IMG/VR virus record: IMGVR_UViG_3300005573_000026
Coordinates: 1 to 38,175 of that record
Source of the DNA: a virus
Length of the DNA stretch: 38,175 nt
Direction: 5' to 3' (one strand)
Below are positions 22,839-33,062 of this stretch, in pieces (positions within the stretch are counted from its first letter, which is position 1; every line of letters begins with the position of its first letter). The position numbers and the translations under genes were made by a program. Under the pieces are notes generated by a model. That model did no database searches. It was not told the DNA's origin and saw only the letters and a list, made by a program, of their open reading frames with translations.

Positions 22839-24323
22839 TTAGCTTGTTTCTAAGTGAACCAATACTGAGCAACCACGCTCAGATACAGGTTCGGTTATTT
22901 TTAAAATATGTAATCCTGGAGTTAAGCTAACCCAGGATGAAATATTCAATTCACCTGTTCCATCAGTGTGAATTGGATGTGTTCCTGTATTATTTCCAAT
23001 AGATGACCATCCTTTAGCAGTTAAAATGTTATTAGTAATATCAGTAGTATCGATAATAACATGCAGTCTGTCAGCGAATTGCTTTCTTACTGTTGATAAA
23101 GATAGCCCTGTATTAATTCCAGCATAGTTGCTATTTCCTGAAATATTTGTTCCTAGAATATTTATTGAAGCATTAGCCCCGCTACTTGTTTTAGTTCCAA
23201 GATCAGTAGAACTAACAGAGCCATTAGCTGAAGAAGTTCCACTGTTAAAATAGATGTTATGGGAGTGGTCAGAAACGCTACTTATAGAAATATCTGGTTG
23301 AGCAGAAGAAGTATCTCCGCTTACTGTATGCGTGTGGTCAGCAGATTGACCAGTTGTCTCACTAGAAGATGGACCGCTTGTAGTTGTGGTTCCTAAGTCT
23401 CCATAATAATAATCATGCACATGGTCCATGCCATGAACATGGTTGGCGCTTTGTGTGCCAGTCTCTAAGGAAATGGAGTGGGAATGAGCAGATTGTGAAG
23501 CAGTATGATCATGGCCTCCATTTGCTTGTGTGCTCCCCGAAATTAGGTGTGTGTGAGCGTCTGTAGCGAATGTGCCTGAATGAGTATGGCTTCCCAAGAC
23601 AATATCATGTGTGTGAGCTGTTTGGGATATTTCATGTGTATGTGAACCTAAATTAATCCCGTGATAGTGATAAGGAAGCTCAGTGTAAAAGGTGGTAGGA
23701 AATTCAAAGGCTTTAATGGCTAATTTTACCGTAGGTGAAGAACCTTCTGTTTTAAAATAGAGACGCCCCTCTTTATTTGATTCAACTAATAATTCTGCTG
23801 TGTAAGTGCGAATTGCGCCTCCAGTGTAATCACCTATATAATCAAGCTGCCTCCATTCAGTTCCATTCCATCCATAAAATTTATTATCAGCAGTGCAATA
23901 TACAATTCGTCCAATATCGGCTGATGTTCCTGATGGCAATGTGCTGACTTTATCAATAACAATATTTTTAGCCTGAGCTTTGTTCAGGTCAATTCCAGCA
24001 TTAAAAGTTTGTAGTGCTGAAAAAGTATTAGCTGCATCTTTTTTTGGAATATTATTAGAAAGTTTTGAATCAGGAATTGAATTATCTGGGACAATGGGAA
24101 AGGAAGAGAATTCAAATAAGCCTGTAATTTTGTTGCCTCCAGTATAATTTCGATTAGATATCAAAATTTTTGCATTTTGGGCAATGTTATCTTCAGCAAT
24201 TCCAACTTTTGATGGGTCAAACATATCATAGAGATTATCCCAGTTTTTATTTAATCTTTCTGCAGTTATTTTTCCTGCATCTGTTCGGCCATCAACAAAA
24301 GTATGAAATTTAGTCGGAATCAT
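22839..24323 (-). CDS. Tail fibre / receptor-binding protein with an HxH-repeat region
   Basis: Eleven HxH motifs lie between aa 218 and 355 (HYH, HTH x5, HDH, HSH x2, HVH x2), in an S/T/G-rich context typical of trimeric fibres. Confidence 0.6.
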   Translation of the reverse strand: MIPTKFHTFVDGRTDAGKITAERLNKNWDNLYDMFDPSKVGIAEDNIAQNAKILISNRNYTGGNKITGLFEFSSFPIVPDNSIPDSKLSNNIPKKDAANTFSALQTFNAGIDLNKAQAKNIVIDKVSTLPSGTSADIGRIVYCTADNKFYGWNGTEWRQLDYIGDYTGGAIRTYTAELLVESNKEGRLYFKTEGSSPTVKLAIKAFEFPTTFYTELPYHYHGINLGSHTHEISQTAHTHDIVLGSHTHSGTFATDAHTHLISGSTQANGGHDHTASQSAHSHSISLETGTQSANHVHGMDHVHDYYYGDLGTTTTSGPSSSETTGQSADHTHTVSGDTSSAQPDISISSVSDHSHNIYFNSGTSSANGSVSSTDLGTKTSSGANASINILGTNISGNSNYAGINTGLSLSTVRKQFADRLHVIIDTTDITNNILTAKGWSSIGNNTGTHPIHTDGTGELNISSWVSLTPGLHILKITEPVSERGCSVLVHLETS

Positions 24324-24399
24324 AGTAAACCTCCGTTATTATGCTGGCGCAATTGTGGTTATCGTTCTTGATAAACCACGATATTTTAATACTCCATTT

Positions 24400-25752
24400 T
24401 TATTCTGAAAGATAAAAAAAGGCTAAAAATGTTCTTGTCTGTCCCGCATAAACAGCAGGAGTATTTGTGCCAGTATTTTGGTATGCATAAAGCCCGACTT
24501 GGGCATTCTGAGAAAAATATAGAATATCGGAAAAACTCATCGCAATATAGTTTGAAGCTGTAGGAAATTGGTCTTCATGAACAGTTCTATCTGAGCCATC
24601 ATTTACGCTAATTATATACCTTCCAGCTTGAATATTTCCCCAAGAAACTCGACCAACAATTAGATAATGACCCGATTTAGGGATTGTATATTTATGTGTA
24701 GTTGTATTCCATCCTGAATCAGTGTCAAAACTTATTGTATCAATATTAACTAAAGTCCAAGTAGCATTATTAATTATTTGAGAAGTTCTTAAATAAGCAC
24801 GAGCCTTTATATGTGGAGCAATTTGAGTAACACGACCACTGGAATGCTTTGATTTAAGAACATCGTTTTCTGAATAAATAATATGAGCGCCAAAAGGATT
24901 AGAGGTCGGCACAGTAGCAGCATTAGCAATTCCAATAACACCAGCCCCATCACCAAATTGGTTAGTTGTGCCGATGCCGACGTTGCTTCCATCGGTATAA
25001 ATCACTGAATTCACCAACCCATTGCCAGTGTGGTATGGGAGATAACCTGAAGTAAGATTGTTGAATATCGCTGTATTGGCTTTTATATTGCCCCCAACAT
25101 CTAATTTTTGTGAAGGCGTTGGATTATTGATGCCGACATTGCCATCTGGTTGGGTAATGGTTAAATACCAATAGGTTTCTCCAGCCCTTTGATTATTTCC
25201 AATGATATGAAACGGCTTCCAAATAGGATTGCCCCAACTTGGATAAACGTATACAAATCCCCAGTAAGTTGCTCCTGGATAATTCATATTACATAAATCA
25301 ACGATATTATCAGCACAACATAAGCCTAATGTTGCCTCTTTTTGATTGTTTATTGGAGCATCTATCGATAAAATCGTATAACCGTCTGTAACGGGCTCTC
25401 CAGTTTGGCTTTGAATCCTGATTATGCCCCTTTGGCCCTCAACATCATCTTTCCAGAGTGCCACTTTTCCGCCAACGGAATCTTCGAACCAGAGACTCAA
25501 AGCTTCACCCCACCATTTCGATGGCCCATTATAGATTCTAATTTTTTTATCTTGATAAGCATTTGGTCCGAAAGGAAGGGCCCCCCAATCTGTTATTTGA
25601 GAACGAGTATGAGTATGCTTAGAAATACCAGATAACTTTGATGATAAGGATTCAATTAAGTTCTGCAATTCGTTTATTTTATCCTGAATATCATATAGAT
25701 TTCTCTGTGTATTTTTATCAGCAACTTTAGTTGATAATTTGAAGTTGCTCAT
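24400..25752 (-). CDS. Tail fibre protein with an N-terminal coiled coil and a C1q/TNF-like C-terminal globular domain
   Basis: The C-terminal ~135 aa read ARAYLRTSQIINNATWTLVNIDTISFDTDSGWNTTTHKYTIPKSGHYLIVGRVSW... This matches the jelly-roll pattern seen in C1q-like fibre tips. Confidence 0.5.
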   Translation of the reverse strand: MSNFKLSTKVADKNTQRNLYDIQDKINELQNLIESLSSKLSGISKHTHTRSQITDWGALPFGPNAYQDKKIRIYNGPSKWWGEALSLWFEDSVGGKVALWKDDVEGQRGIIRIQSQTGEPVTDGYTILSIDAPINNQKEATLGLCCADNIVDLCNMNYPGATYWGFVYVYPSWGNPIWKPFHIIGNNQRAGETYWYLTITQPDGNVGINNPTPSQKLDVGGNIKANTAIFNNLTSGYLPYHTGNGLVNSVIYTDGSNVGIGTTNQFGDGAGVIGIANAATVPTSNPFGAHIIYSENDVLKSKHSSGRVTQIAPHIKARAYLRTSQIINNATWTLVNIDTISFDTDSGWNTTTHKYTIPKSGHYLIVGRVSWGNIQAGRYIISVNDGSDRTVHEDQFPTASNYIAMSFSDILYFSQNAQVGLYAYQNTGTNTPAVYAGQTRTFLAFFYLSE

Positions 25753-27641
25753 CTTGTCCCCTTACGTCGTGAATAAAAAGTTAGGGCCTGTAATGAAATA
25801 GGTTGTGTATTATTTCCATGTAGCCGCCATCTAAACATACTACCAGTTAATCCTGATGGAATAATAATATTTTCTAATAGATTTCCTTCAAGTCCAGCAT
25901 ATGTATAACCACAATAAGGCGAACCAGTAAAGCATGAATCTTCCCCATGCACAGGTCTATCATATCGAGTAGCAAAAAAGTTGGCATATATTGTTAAAGT
26001 AGCATCTCCATAAACATCGGTATTGTAAGACATTTTAACTTGTCTTAGAACATGCACAATACCAACAGGAGTTCCTAAATTAATCCAACCACTTTGAATA
26101 TCATACTCAATAGGATAAGTTTCATCGCCAACTTTATCCCAGGCTTCGGTTTCTAATAAATATATTTTTCCATCTGGTGTGCCGCCAACAATCTTTGTTA
26201 ATCCTTGAGAATTTGTGATGTTGGTTAAACAAGTAAAATCGTGATGAGGATAATATAACCATGTCCATGCAATAATGCTTTCTGAAGTTTGCTCAGGAAT
26301 TCCTTTTTCAATAAAAATTAATGGAACAACAAAGCTTCCAACAAGAATCTTTGGAGCTAAATTCGGAACTCTGCACAAAAATAAAAAGCATTTATAATCA
26401 GGATAAAAAACAATATCATAAGCTTCGGGATATTTGTAATTAACATAGCCATCACTTAAAATTCTCCTAATTCGTCTGCTCAAATCAAAGAGATTATTTC
26501 CGTCAAAAGCAAACCAGCCTTCCTCAGCAAGAAAAATTATCTTATCATCAAAATTCAAAATAGCATAAGGAGCAATGCAACCAATACCATGTAATGGAGC
26601 AATCTTTTCTTTTTCAATAAATTCTCCACGAACACAAAAAAGTTTATGTTGCTTGAAGATAACTAAATAATCTGGTAAAGCAGCAAGGCCTGTTATTTTA
26701 TCTCCATCTCCTCGGTCAAAATATTCATAATTAGTTGATGGACAAGCATGAGGATTTCCTCGCTTAGAATAACGAACTAAATCATCTCCATCTGGAACTC
26801 CTGGAGAATTTCCACAATTTGCATAAAAAACTTTGTCATTATAAGTAATCAAATACTTTGCTATAGGCGGAACATCATTATCCCATTCAACTTCTTCTCC
26901 TAAATCGGAATCAGGCGTTGAATCAATATAAGTCTGGTTAACATTATCAACTTCAGCAACAAAGAAATAATGTCCAGGATTTTCTCCAGATACGCTAAAA
27001 TCATAAGTTCGGTAAATAGCAATTTTACTAACAGTTGAGTCATTTGAAGCAAAAACTTGAACATTTATTTTTTTATCTGAAACCTGAATCGCATCGCTTA
27101 CAGGAGAAGGATTACTATAATGAACGTAAGGAGTCTCTCGTTTATAGCAATAAACATAAGCATATTTACCAGTTAATCCTGTAGACTCGCCTTCATTTAC
27201 AGTAGGTTTAGTTGATGGCGGAGTAATGCCTACGGGATAAATTGTAGTGCCATAAACACAAAATTGTGTTTGCCCATTTGTATAAATAACCAAATTTTTA
27301 TGAATGGCTTGAGACCATCTTGCTCCAGCAGGGGTTAAATTACTTTTGGCTAATATCCAATTCGTTCCATTGTAAATATAAAATTTTGTTTCAGTAAAAA
27401 CATGTAAATGCAAATCCCCACTTGGAGATTCATATTCAAAAATATCACATATTTTTTCTGAAACAGGCAAAGACAGATAAGGAACTGCACCCAGGCGCTT
27501 AGTTAAGCCTCTGTTTGGATTGAGAAAAACATTTTTAGCTTCAGTCAAAGCCTGCTTAGGAAGAGCTGTAGGAGAACTGGATAGATCCAGGCCAAGGTAA
27601 AATTCATCTACTTGGAAAATGTTATTGACATTATATGCCAT
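25749..27641 (-). CDS. Tail tubular protein B / nozzle-like protein (630 aa)
   Basis: The N-terminal pattern LDLSSSPTALPKQALTEAKNVFLNPNRGLTKRLG resembles the gp12-type G.S.QP....Q....N....GL.KR.G. The gene follows the adaptor-like gene. Confidence 0.5.
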   Translation of the reverse strand: MAYNVNNIFQVDEFYLGLDLSSSPTALPKQALTEAKNVFLNPNRGLTKRLGAVPYLSLPVSEKICDIFEYESPSGDLHLHVFTETKFYIYNGTNWILAKSNLTPAGARWSQAIHKNLVIYTNGQTQFCVYGTTIYPVGITPPSTKPTVNEGESTGLTGKYAYVYCYKRETPYVHYSNPSPVSDAIQVSDKKINVQVFASNDSTVSKIAIYRTYDFSVSGENPGHYFFVAEVDNVNQTYIDSTPDSDLGEEVEWDNDVPPIAKYLITYNDKVFYANCGNSPGVPDGDDLVRYSKRGNPHACPSTNYEYFDRGDGDKITGLAALPDYLVIFKQHKLFCVRGEFIEKEKIAPLHGIGCIAPYAILNFDDKIIFLAEEGWFAFDGNNLFDLSRRIRRILSDGYVNYKYPEAYDIVFYPDYKCFLFLCRVPNLAPKILVGSFVVPLIFIEKGIPEQTSESIIAWTWLYYPHHDFTCLTNITNSQGLTKIVGGTPDGKIYLLETEAWDKVGDETYPIEYDIQSGWINLGTPVGIVHVLRQVKMSYNTDVYGDATLTIYANFFATRYDRPVHGEDSCFTGSPYCGYTYAGLEGNLLENIIIPSGLTGSMFRWRLHGNNTQPISLQALTFYSRRKGTR

Positions 27642-28234
27642 TAGTCATTAAAATAGCTTGTATGTGTTATCTCAGCCCCTATTAGGGCTATTGTGGCGGC
27701 TCTTTCAGCTTCATCAATCCTTTTTTCAAGCACAGCTAAAAAATTATCATCTTTAGCTTTTCCATAGGTCAACGTAATTAAAGCAACAAGTGGATGCAAG
27801 CTTACAGGTAAATCATCTAAAGAATCTATTTTTGGCAAATACCAAAGACGAGCAAAATCTGAAAGCGTTTCTGCTGGTGCAGGAAAGAACATAATTTCAT
27901 TGTTAACATACCCCCAAGCCAACGGTTCATCATATTGAATGCGATTATATTCAAAAAATAAATCGTGAGAAATTTTCGGTAAAATGGCCCCATCAGAAAG
28001 ACGTTCAACAGCAACCACAAGGAAACAATCTGAAGGAAGCGGGGTAGATTCTGGATTTGCATCAATTATGTAGCATTTCTGGTATCTATCTTTAAGCAAA
28101 TGCGCAAATTTTGAAACAACAGTGGTTATGGCTAATTTTTTATAAACTTCAATCTCTTCGTCCGTCCAGAAAATTTCTTGTCCATACTCATTCAAAATTG
28201 ATTTAACAAAATTTTTAAACTCTTGGTCAGTCAT
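27641..28234 (-). CDS. Head-to-tail adaptor / tail tubular protein A-like (197 aa)
   Basis: The call rests on size and synteny only (T7 gp11 position). Confidence 0.35.
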   Translation of the reverse strand: MTDQEFKNFVKSILNEYGQEIFWTDEEIEVYKKLAITTVVSKFAHLLKDRYQKCYIIDANPESTPLPSDCFLVVAVERLSDGAILPKISHDLFFEYNRIQYDEPLAWGYVNNEIMFFPAPAETLSDFARLWYLPKIDSLDDLPVSLHPLVALITLTYGKAKDDNFLAVLEKRIDEAERAATIALIGAEITHTSYFND

Positions 28235-28653
28235 TTTTTGCCTAAATCAAGAAAAAGTCTTTTCCAGGCATTATAACCTGTTTCAACGGCTTTACGGCAC
28301 ACATCTTCAAGCCATTGCTGAGCTTTATCCAAAAGTCTTTGATTGTGCTCATCTATTTCTTTTATAACCTCATCTTGATGTTCATAATTCCAGCGTTCTT
28401 GACGAAGCTTAGTAAGCACTCGTCTATCAAGCGGCATATAACCAATATCTTTGCCATTACGTTCATAGCATACGGTTTTAACCAAAACGCTTCTTCTTAA
28501 AATCTCGATAAAGGATAAATCAAATCGTTCTTCATAATCTGGTTTCCACATTCGTATTTGCCAGCGTTCTTCAAAAGGATTAAAGACTGCAAAATAATTT
28601 TTATCCAGATTTTTTAATTCCTGATGAAACCAAGCTGGTGCTAACATCCACAT
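28231..28653 (-). CDS. Hypothetical structural-module protein (140 aa)
   Basis: The start is moved to the ATG at 28653 (MWMLAPAW), after AAGGAGA. The longer tracked ORF would cross the capsid terminator. Confidence 0.55.
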   Translation of the reverse strand: MWMLAPAWFHQELKNLDKNYFAVFNPFEERWQIRMWKPDYEERFDLSFIEILRRSVLVKTVCYERNGKDIGYMPLDRRVLTKLRQERWNYEHQDEVIKEIDEHNQRLLDKAQQWLEDVCRKAVETGYNAWKRLFLDLGKK

Positions 28654-28672
28654 TTTATCTCCTTTATACTTG

Positions 28673-28700
28673 AAAAAAGGGGGCTGGTTCTCCAGCCCCC
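28673..28700 (-). terminator. Intrinsic terminator/attenuator immediately after the major capsid gene
   Basis: On the minus strand: GGGGGCTGG-agaa-CCAGCCCCC followed by TTTTTT. Confidence 0.85.
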
Positions 28701-28712
28701 AAAAAATTAATA

Positions 28713-29927
28713 TTATGATGTGGTTACACCAGTCATCTTGCCATGAGCATTGCGGCAATCAGTGCCCAGGTTAGCATACATTTTGAACCAGGCATAGTAT
28801 TCGTCAGCACCTTCCGAATTCTTAATCATTCCACCATTAGTTGTGTCCCAGGTCAGATTCTTCAGCACATACAATTTAATGTGAGGAAGTGATACAAGAT
28901 AAATATATCCAACAGGGCATTTCGGATGAACAAGGAAAGGAAGTTCAACTTCACCGCCAACGTAGCGGATGGCTTTCCAACCAGCAGTGAACTCAAGAGT
29001 TTCAACCTTGCGAAGAGCCTGCATTAAAGAAATGAGCTTATTTCTGATAGCTGGAGTTGTAATAGCCAGGTCAACTTTGTTTCCATCGGTCCGAACATCA
29101 ATAGCATCAAGAGCCTCTTGAATCTTTGTTTCAGTTAAAACACCAACATTATTAACAACATAAGCCTGCCACAGAGGTTCAGCAGTAGCATCGATTCCCT
29201 GGAAATCAGAACCAGGAGTATTGCCAGTATCAATAATACCATCAATTCCCATCAGCTCACCAGTATTGGTGCTGGGCGTATAAGAATCTTCTTTATAAAT
29301 CAAATCATTGGCAGCAACATCGGTAATAGTCCCAGAAACAGTAATCGTCCCACTAGCCATATCAACAGCAGTAACAGTAACAGAATCAGCATGCTTATTT
29401 CCACTGCTATCGTAAATATCCAAAACCTGGCCTTTTCTAAACCACTTAGCAGCAACATCCCCAGTTCGACGGGCCGTTAAGGTAATGACTTGGCCTGATT
29501 TTGAAGAAACCTTGCCCATAATGCCTTTGCCATCTTCCATTAACTGGCGGTCAATATCAATGGCGAAAGCGTTGATAATTCCCTTAGTCTCAGCAGTCAG
29601 GGCATCAATCCAGGCATTTTTGCCTTTGGAAGCCTCTATAGCCATACCTTCAATTTTGATTCGGCCATAGAGTCTCCTCATGTAAATATAGGCCTGGTCA
29701 TAAGTATTTTTCTGAGCGGTCGGAAGAGTGTTATTCCCATCATAACGAGCACCAACAGCCTCAGTAAACCCCAACTGCACAGGAATTACAATTCGCTTTC
29801 CACCATCCATGTCAACAATTTTCTTCTTGATAATCGCCCACAGAGGGGACTTAACGGGCATCTGATTGACCAGGACTTCAGTATAAACTTCTTTTAGAAT
29901 ATCCTGAATATTAGCAAAAGTTTGCAT
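28713..29927 (-). CDS. Major capsid protein (HK97-fold type)
   Basis: At 404 aa, the gene sits after the scaffold gene and is followed by a strong terminator. Its composition and length are typical of capsid proteins. Confidence 0.75.
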   Translation of the reverse strand: MQTFANIQDILKEVYTEVLVNQMPVKSPLWAIIKKKIVDMDGGKRIVIPVQLGFTEAVGARYDGNNTLPTAQKNTYDQAYIYMRRLYGRIKIEGMAIEASKGKNAWIDALTAETKGIINAFAIDIDRQLMEDGKGIMGKVSSKSGQVITLTARRTGDVAAKWFRKGQVLDIYDSSGNKHADSVTVTAVDMASGTITVSGTITDVAANDLIYKEDSYTPSTNTGELMGIDGIIDTGNTPGSDFQGIDATAEPLWQAYVVNNVGVLTETKIQEALDAIDVRTDGNKVDLAITTPAIRNKLISLMQALRKVETLEFTAGWKAIRYVGGEVELPFLVHPKCPVGYIYLVSLPHIKLYVLKNLTWDTTNGGMIKNSEGADEYYAWFKMYANLGTDCRNAHGKMTGVTTS

Positions 29928-29963
29928 TTTATCTTCTCAAAAAATTACAGTAGTGGATGGATT

Positions 29964-31019
29964 TTACGATATTGGAACCTTACGTAAAAGCTTGTGTAAA
30001 ATCTCATCCACATTGTCAGCGGTTATCTTCACCTTTTTCTTCGCCAGCCCTGGCGCAGGTGAAATTCCCGCTGTTTTCAAGCCGACTCGTTTTTGACCCG
30101 CAGCTTTTGATTTGGCAAGGTATTCTTTTGTAATTTCATCATAAAGAGCCTTTTTGATTTCGGGCGAAACCTGTAAAATCTTTTTAACATATTCAGGATT
30201 CGCCTTTTGTTTATGGCTCTCTAACATGATTTGTTCAATTGAAAACCTGCCATTGGTTAGGGCATATACTGCCAAAACCTCTTCAGGAGAAGCCAATGGA
30301 TATTCAGGTAAGAGACGCTCAATTTCTTTAATAATTTGCTTTTGGCGCTCTTGAACCTGGGAACTTTGGAGTTGTTGCTCAAAAATAGCAACTTTTTGAG
30401 CAAGCTCCTGGTTCGCTTTCCATTGCTCCTGAGCAGCCTTTTTCAATGCACGAGTTTCAGGGTCATCGAACTCAGTTATCTCCAGTTCTTTCGGCATGGT
30501 TGCCGTAGTCTTGCTACGGGCCTCCTCAAGCTGACGAGCTAACTGATTCTTATACTCCTCGACCCGTGCTAAGGCTTCTTGTAGCTGCTGGGTCTGTTGA
30601 ATCAGCTCGGATTTAATTTTAGCATTCTCAGACATGGCTTGATAAAATCTCAAGCCTTTATTGAGTAATGCTATGATTTCTTTTGGTTGAAGATTTTTAA
30701 CTGGAACTTCCAGCCCTTTACTGACAATCTTTTCATTTTCAATTTGTTTTAAAACTTCTTGAACCTCAGCTGAAAGTTCAATTTTTTCTTCTTTATCTTC
30801 TTTTGTTTCCTCTTTTTCTTCTTCCTCTTCTTCTGATTCTTCTTCTGGTTTTTCTTCACTTTCTTCTTCTTCTTCAACCTCTTCAGTTTCTTCAAGTTCT
30901 TCTTCTACTTCTTCAGACTCTTCTTCGGGCAATTCTTCATGGGCACCTTCGATATCATCAAAAGTTAGCTTGTCATCGTCGCTTAAAAAAGTTGACAAAT
31001 CAATTTTGTCTTTAGGCAT
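29964..31019 (-). CDS. Scaffolding protein
   Basis: The gene lies between portal and capsid. It has an extreme acidic tract (EEESEEVEEELEETEEVEEEEESEE...) followed by coiled-coil sequence. Confidence 0.65.
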   Translation of the reverse strand: MPKDKIDLSTFLSDDDKLTFDDIEGAHEELPEEESEEVEEELEETEEVEEEEESEEKPEEESEEEEEEKEETKEDKEEKIELSAEVQEVLKQIENEKIVSKGLEVPVKNLQPKEIIALLNKGLRFYQAMSENAKIKSELIQQTQQLQEALARVEEYKNQLARQLEEARSKTTATMPKELEITEFDDPETRALKKAAQEQWKANQELAQKVAIFEQQLQSSQVQERQKQIIKEIERLLPEYPLASPEEVLAVYALTNGRFSIEQIMLESHKQKANPEYVKKILQVSPEIKKALYDEITKEYLAKSKAAGQKRVGLKTAGISPAPGLAKKKVKITADNVDEILHKLLRKVPIS

Positions 31020-31022
31020 GAT

Positions 31023-33059
31023 TTATTGACCTCCTTCCAGGCCGCCTTGTCGAAGCAATGGTGCTAAAATAGCCATTTGCTCTTCGGCGGTTGCTGGTTG
31101 TTGCCCTGCTTGCATAGCGGGCTGAAGACTTGCCCCGCCGCCAGCTTGAGGCTGGTTGGGCTGAGGTTGAAGTCTTGATTGATGAAATTGTATCATATTG
31201 TTCAGCGCAGCTTTTTGCTGTGCTGTATATTTATCATACTTTGGTGATAGCCTATCCCTTAAATGAATTTTCAAATGAGCTTCATGGTCATCCCATTCAC
31301 AGTAATATTGCGATAAATCGTTTGAAGTAATGTTTGGAGTTATCTCAATAAGATAATTTTCTCGCATGGCTTTTTTCTCATGAACCAGAGACAACGGATA
31401 GAGCTTTTTAGCTTCAGCAAATTCTAACAGCTCAAGAACCATTTTTTTATCATCTATCAATCCACGCTCAGCTAACTTTAAAATCCATTCAGCTCGCAAG
31501 GCTTTTGATTTAGGTAAAGCCAACTGCGTCGTAATGGCTACATCGGTATTTCCACGCAAATCGGCTCCGCTAAACCATCGAACGCTATCTTCCAAGTTTC
31601 TTCCAACTAATTTGAAGAGACGAGGTCTTGTATAGCTATGCTGAATGATTTCTAAAGCCAGTGTCCAAGCATCTGAAAAAACTTTATCCGCCTCACGAAT
31701 AATTGGATCAAGAATGCTATCATCTTGTTCAATTAATAATGAAACCAATGTGCCTGAAGCATGAGAAGCTCTTTCAGGAAGTCTTCCAAAGCTAACTTCA
31801 TGAATATTTGAAACTGATTCCAATTCTCTTTCCAAATCCTGTTTTAAATTAAAAACATATGGAGGGATTGGGTCAAGCTTCAGCTGATGAGGCTCTCCCA
31901 TCTGATTATTGTAATCAATGATAACAATTGAACCATCATCATAAACCTGACGCTTATTTAGCAAAGCACTCAATGGAGAAAGGACCTTTATTTTAGCTGC
32001 CCGTTCTAATGCTAAGCTCATTAAACTTACAAAACGATTATATTCCCTTTGAACAGGAATCATATCTCTAATAATGCTGTCATTGAAAATAATATCATAG
32101 CCATAATTGTCAATTGGAATTGTTGAATCAGAATATGTAAAAAATGGAATTCGTCCATAAGGATTAACCCCATATTCTAAAATTTTATTCTTTGTAGCAA
32201 AAATATAAATTTTGGGTGTCCAGAACTCATATTTAATACAAGTTCGCCCAACAATATCTTCTCCTGGCTGAGAAATAGCTGAAGAAAACCCAGGAATAAT
32301 GTCCTCAAACGGAATAGCTGGAGCGTCATCTAAAAGATGCGTATCGGTATCAACTGTGCCATGAGGAAGTCCATATTCTTCTTCTAAAGCATCGGCATCA
32401 ACTTTTTCTCCATACAAAAACCAGCGCCATTTAGATGGAACAATGGAAAGTGGGTCGACTCGACAGGCAAAAGGTGAAACAACTTCCATATCAATATCGC
32501 CAGGCTCCGTAATTTTAATCTCAGTTTCAATCGGCACACCATCTACTTCTTCTGTTATCTTTTCAATTCCAACCAGGCCTTCTTTTTTCTCATTCCAAAA
32601 AACTCGCAAGACAGCTCGGTTAATTAAGAAAATCCAGGTAAAAAATTGTCTCCGAATCATATCAAAATTAAGCTTATCGTAAAGAGATTCAAGAATAGCA
32701 TCTCCTACTTCAGCTGCCCTTAAATCTTCATATTCAGTTGTTTTTGGAACAACGCCCAGAGCGGGGACGACACTCATTGCTTTGCTAACAAGTTTTTTCA
32801 GAAACGCTTTTAAACGATTAAAAACTAATTTTCTTTGCTTTTCCAGATTAACAGGACGGAGCTTTCCAGAATGGCGCTCAATATCTGTATATTGATATCC
32901 TGCAACCCAGGCTAAAATTTTTCGCCAACGAGGAAAACGATAAATTAAATCAGGATGATTCTCCCAATAATCATTAAGTTTTCCGAGGATATAGCTTTCT
33001 TCTTCCTCAGTTAATTCTTTGCCTTCATAAATTTTTTGTTCAATTGTTAAGAATTTCAT
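31023..33059 (-). CDS. Portal protein
   Basis: At 678 aa, the gene lies between the large terminase and the scaffold. Confidence 0.75.
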   Translation of the reverse strand: MKFLTIEQKIYEGKELTEEEESYILGKLNDYWENHPDLIYRFPRWRKILAWVAGYQYTDIERHSGKLRPVNLEKQRKLVFNRLKAFLKKLVSKAMSVVPALGVVPKTTEYEDLRAAEVGDAILESLYDKLNFDMIRRQFFTWIFLINRAVLRVFWNEKKEGLVGIEKITEEVDGVPIETEIKITEPGDIDMEVVSPFACRVDPLSIVPSKWRWFLYGEKVDADALEEEYGLPHGTVDTDTHLLDDAPAIPFEDIIPGFSSAISQPGEDIVGRTCIKYEFWTPKIYIFATKNKILEYGVNPYGRIPFFTYSDSTIPIDNYGYDIIFNDSIIRDMIPVQREYNRFVSLMSLALERAAKIKVLSPLSALLNKRQVYDDGSIVIIDYNNQMGEPHQLKLDPIPPYVFNLKQDLERELESVSNIHEVSFGRLPERASHASGTLVSLLIEQDDSILDPIIREADKVFSDAWTLALEIIQHSYTRPRLFKLVGRNLEDSVRWFSGADLRGNTDVAITTQLALPKSKALRAEWILKLAERGLIDDKKMVLELLEFAEAKKLYPLSLVHEKKAMRENYLIEITPNITSNDLSQYYCEWDDHEAHLKIHLRDRLSPKYDKYTAQQKAALNNMIQFHQSRLQPQPNQPQAGGGASLQPAMQAGQQPATAEEQMAILAPLLRQGGLEGGQ

Positions 33060-33062
33060 TTT

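Noticed and set aside
30800-30960. The GAA/GAG-rich DNA repeat in the scaffold gene as a separate repeat element
   Set aside because: It simply encodes the poly-Glu acidic tract of the scaffolding protein. It has no independent repeat-unit structure beyond codon bias.
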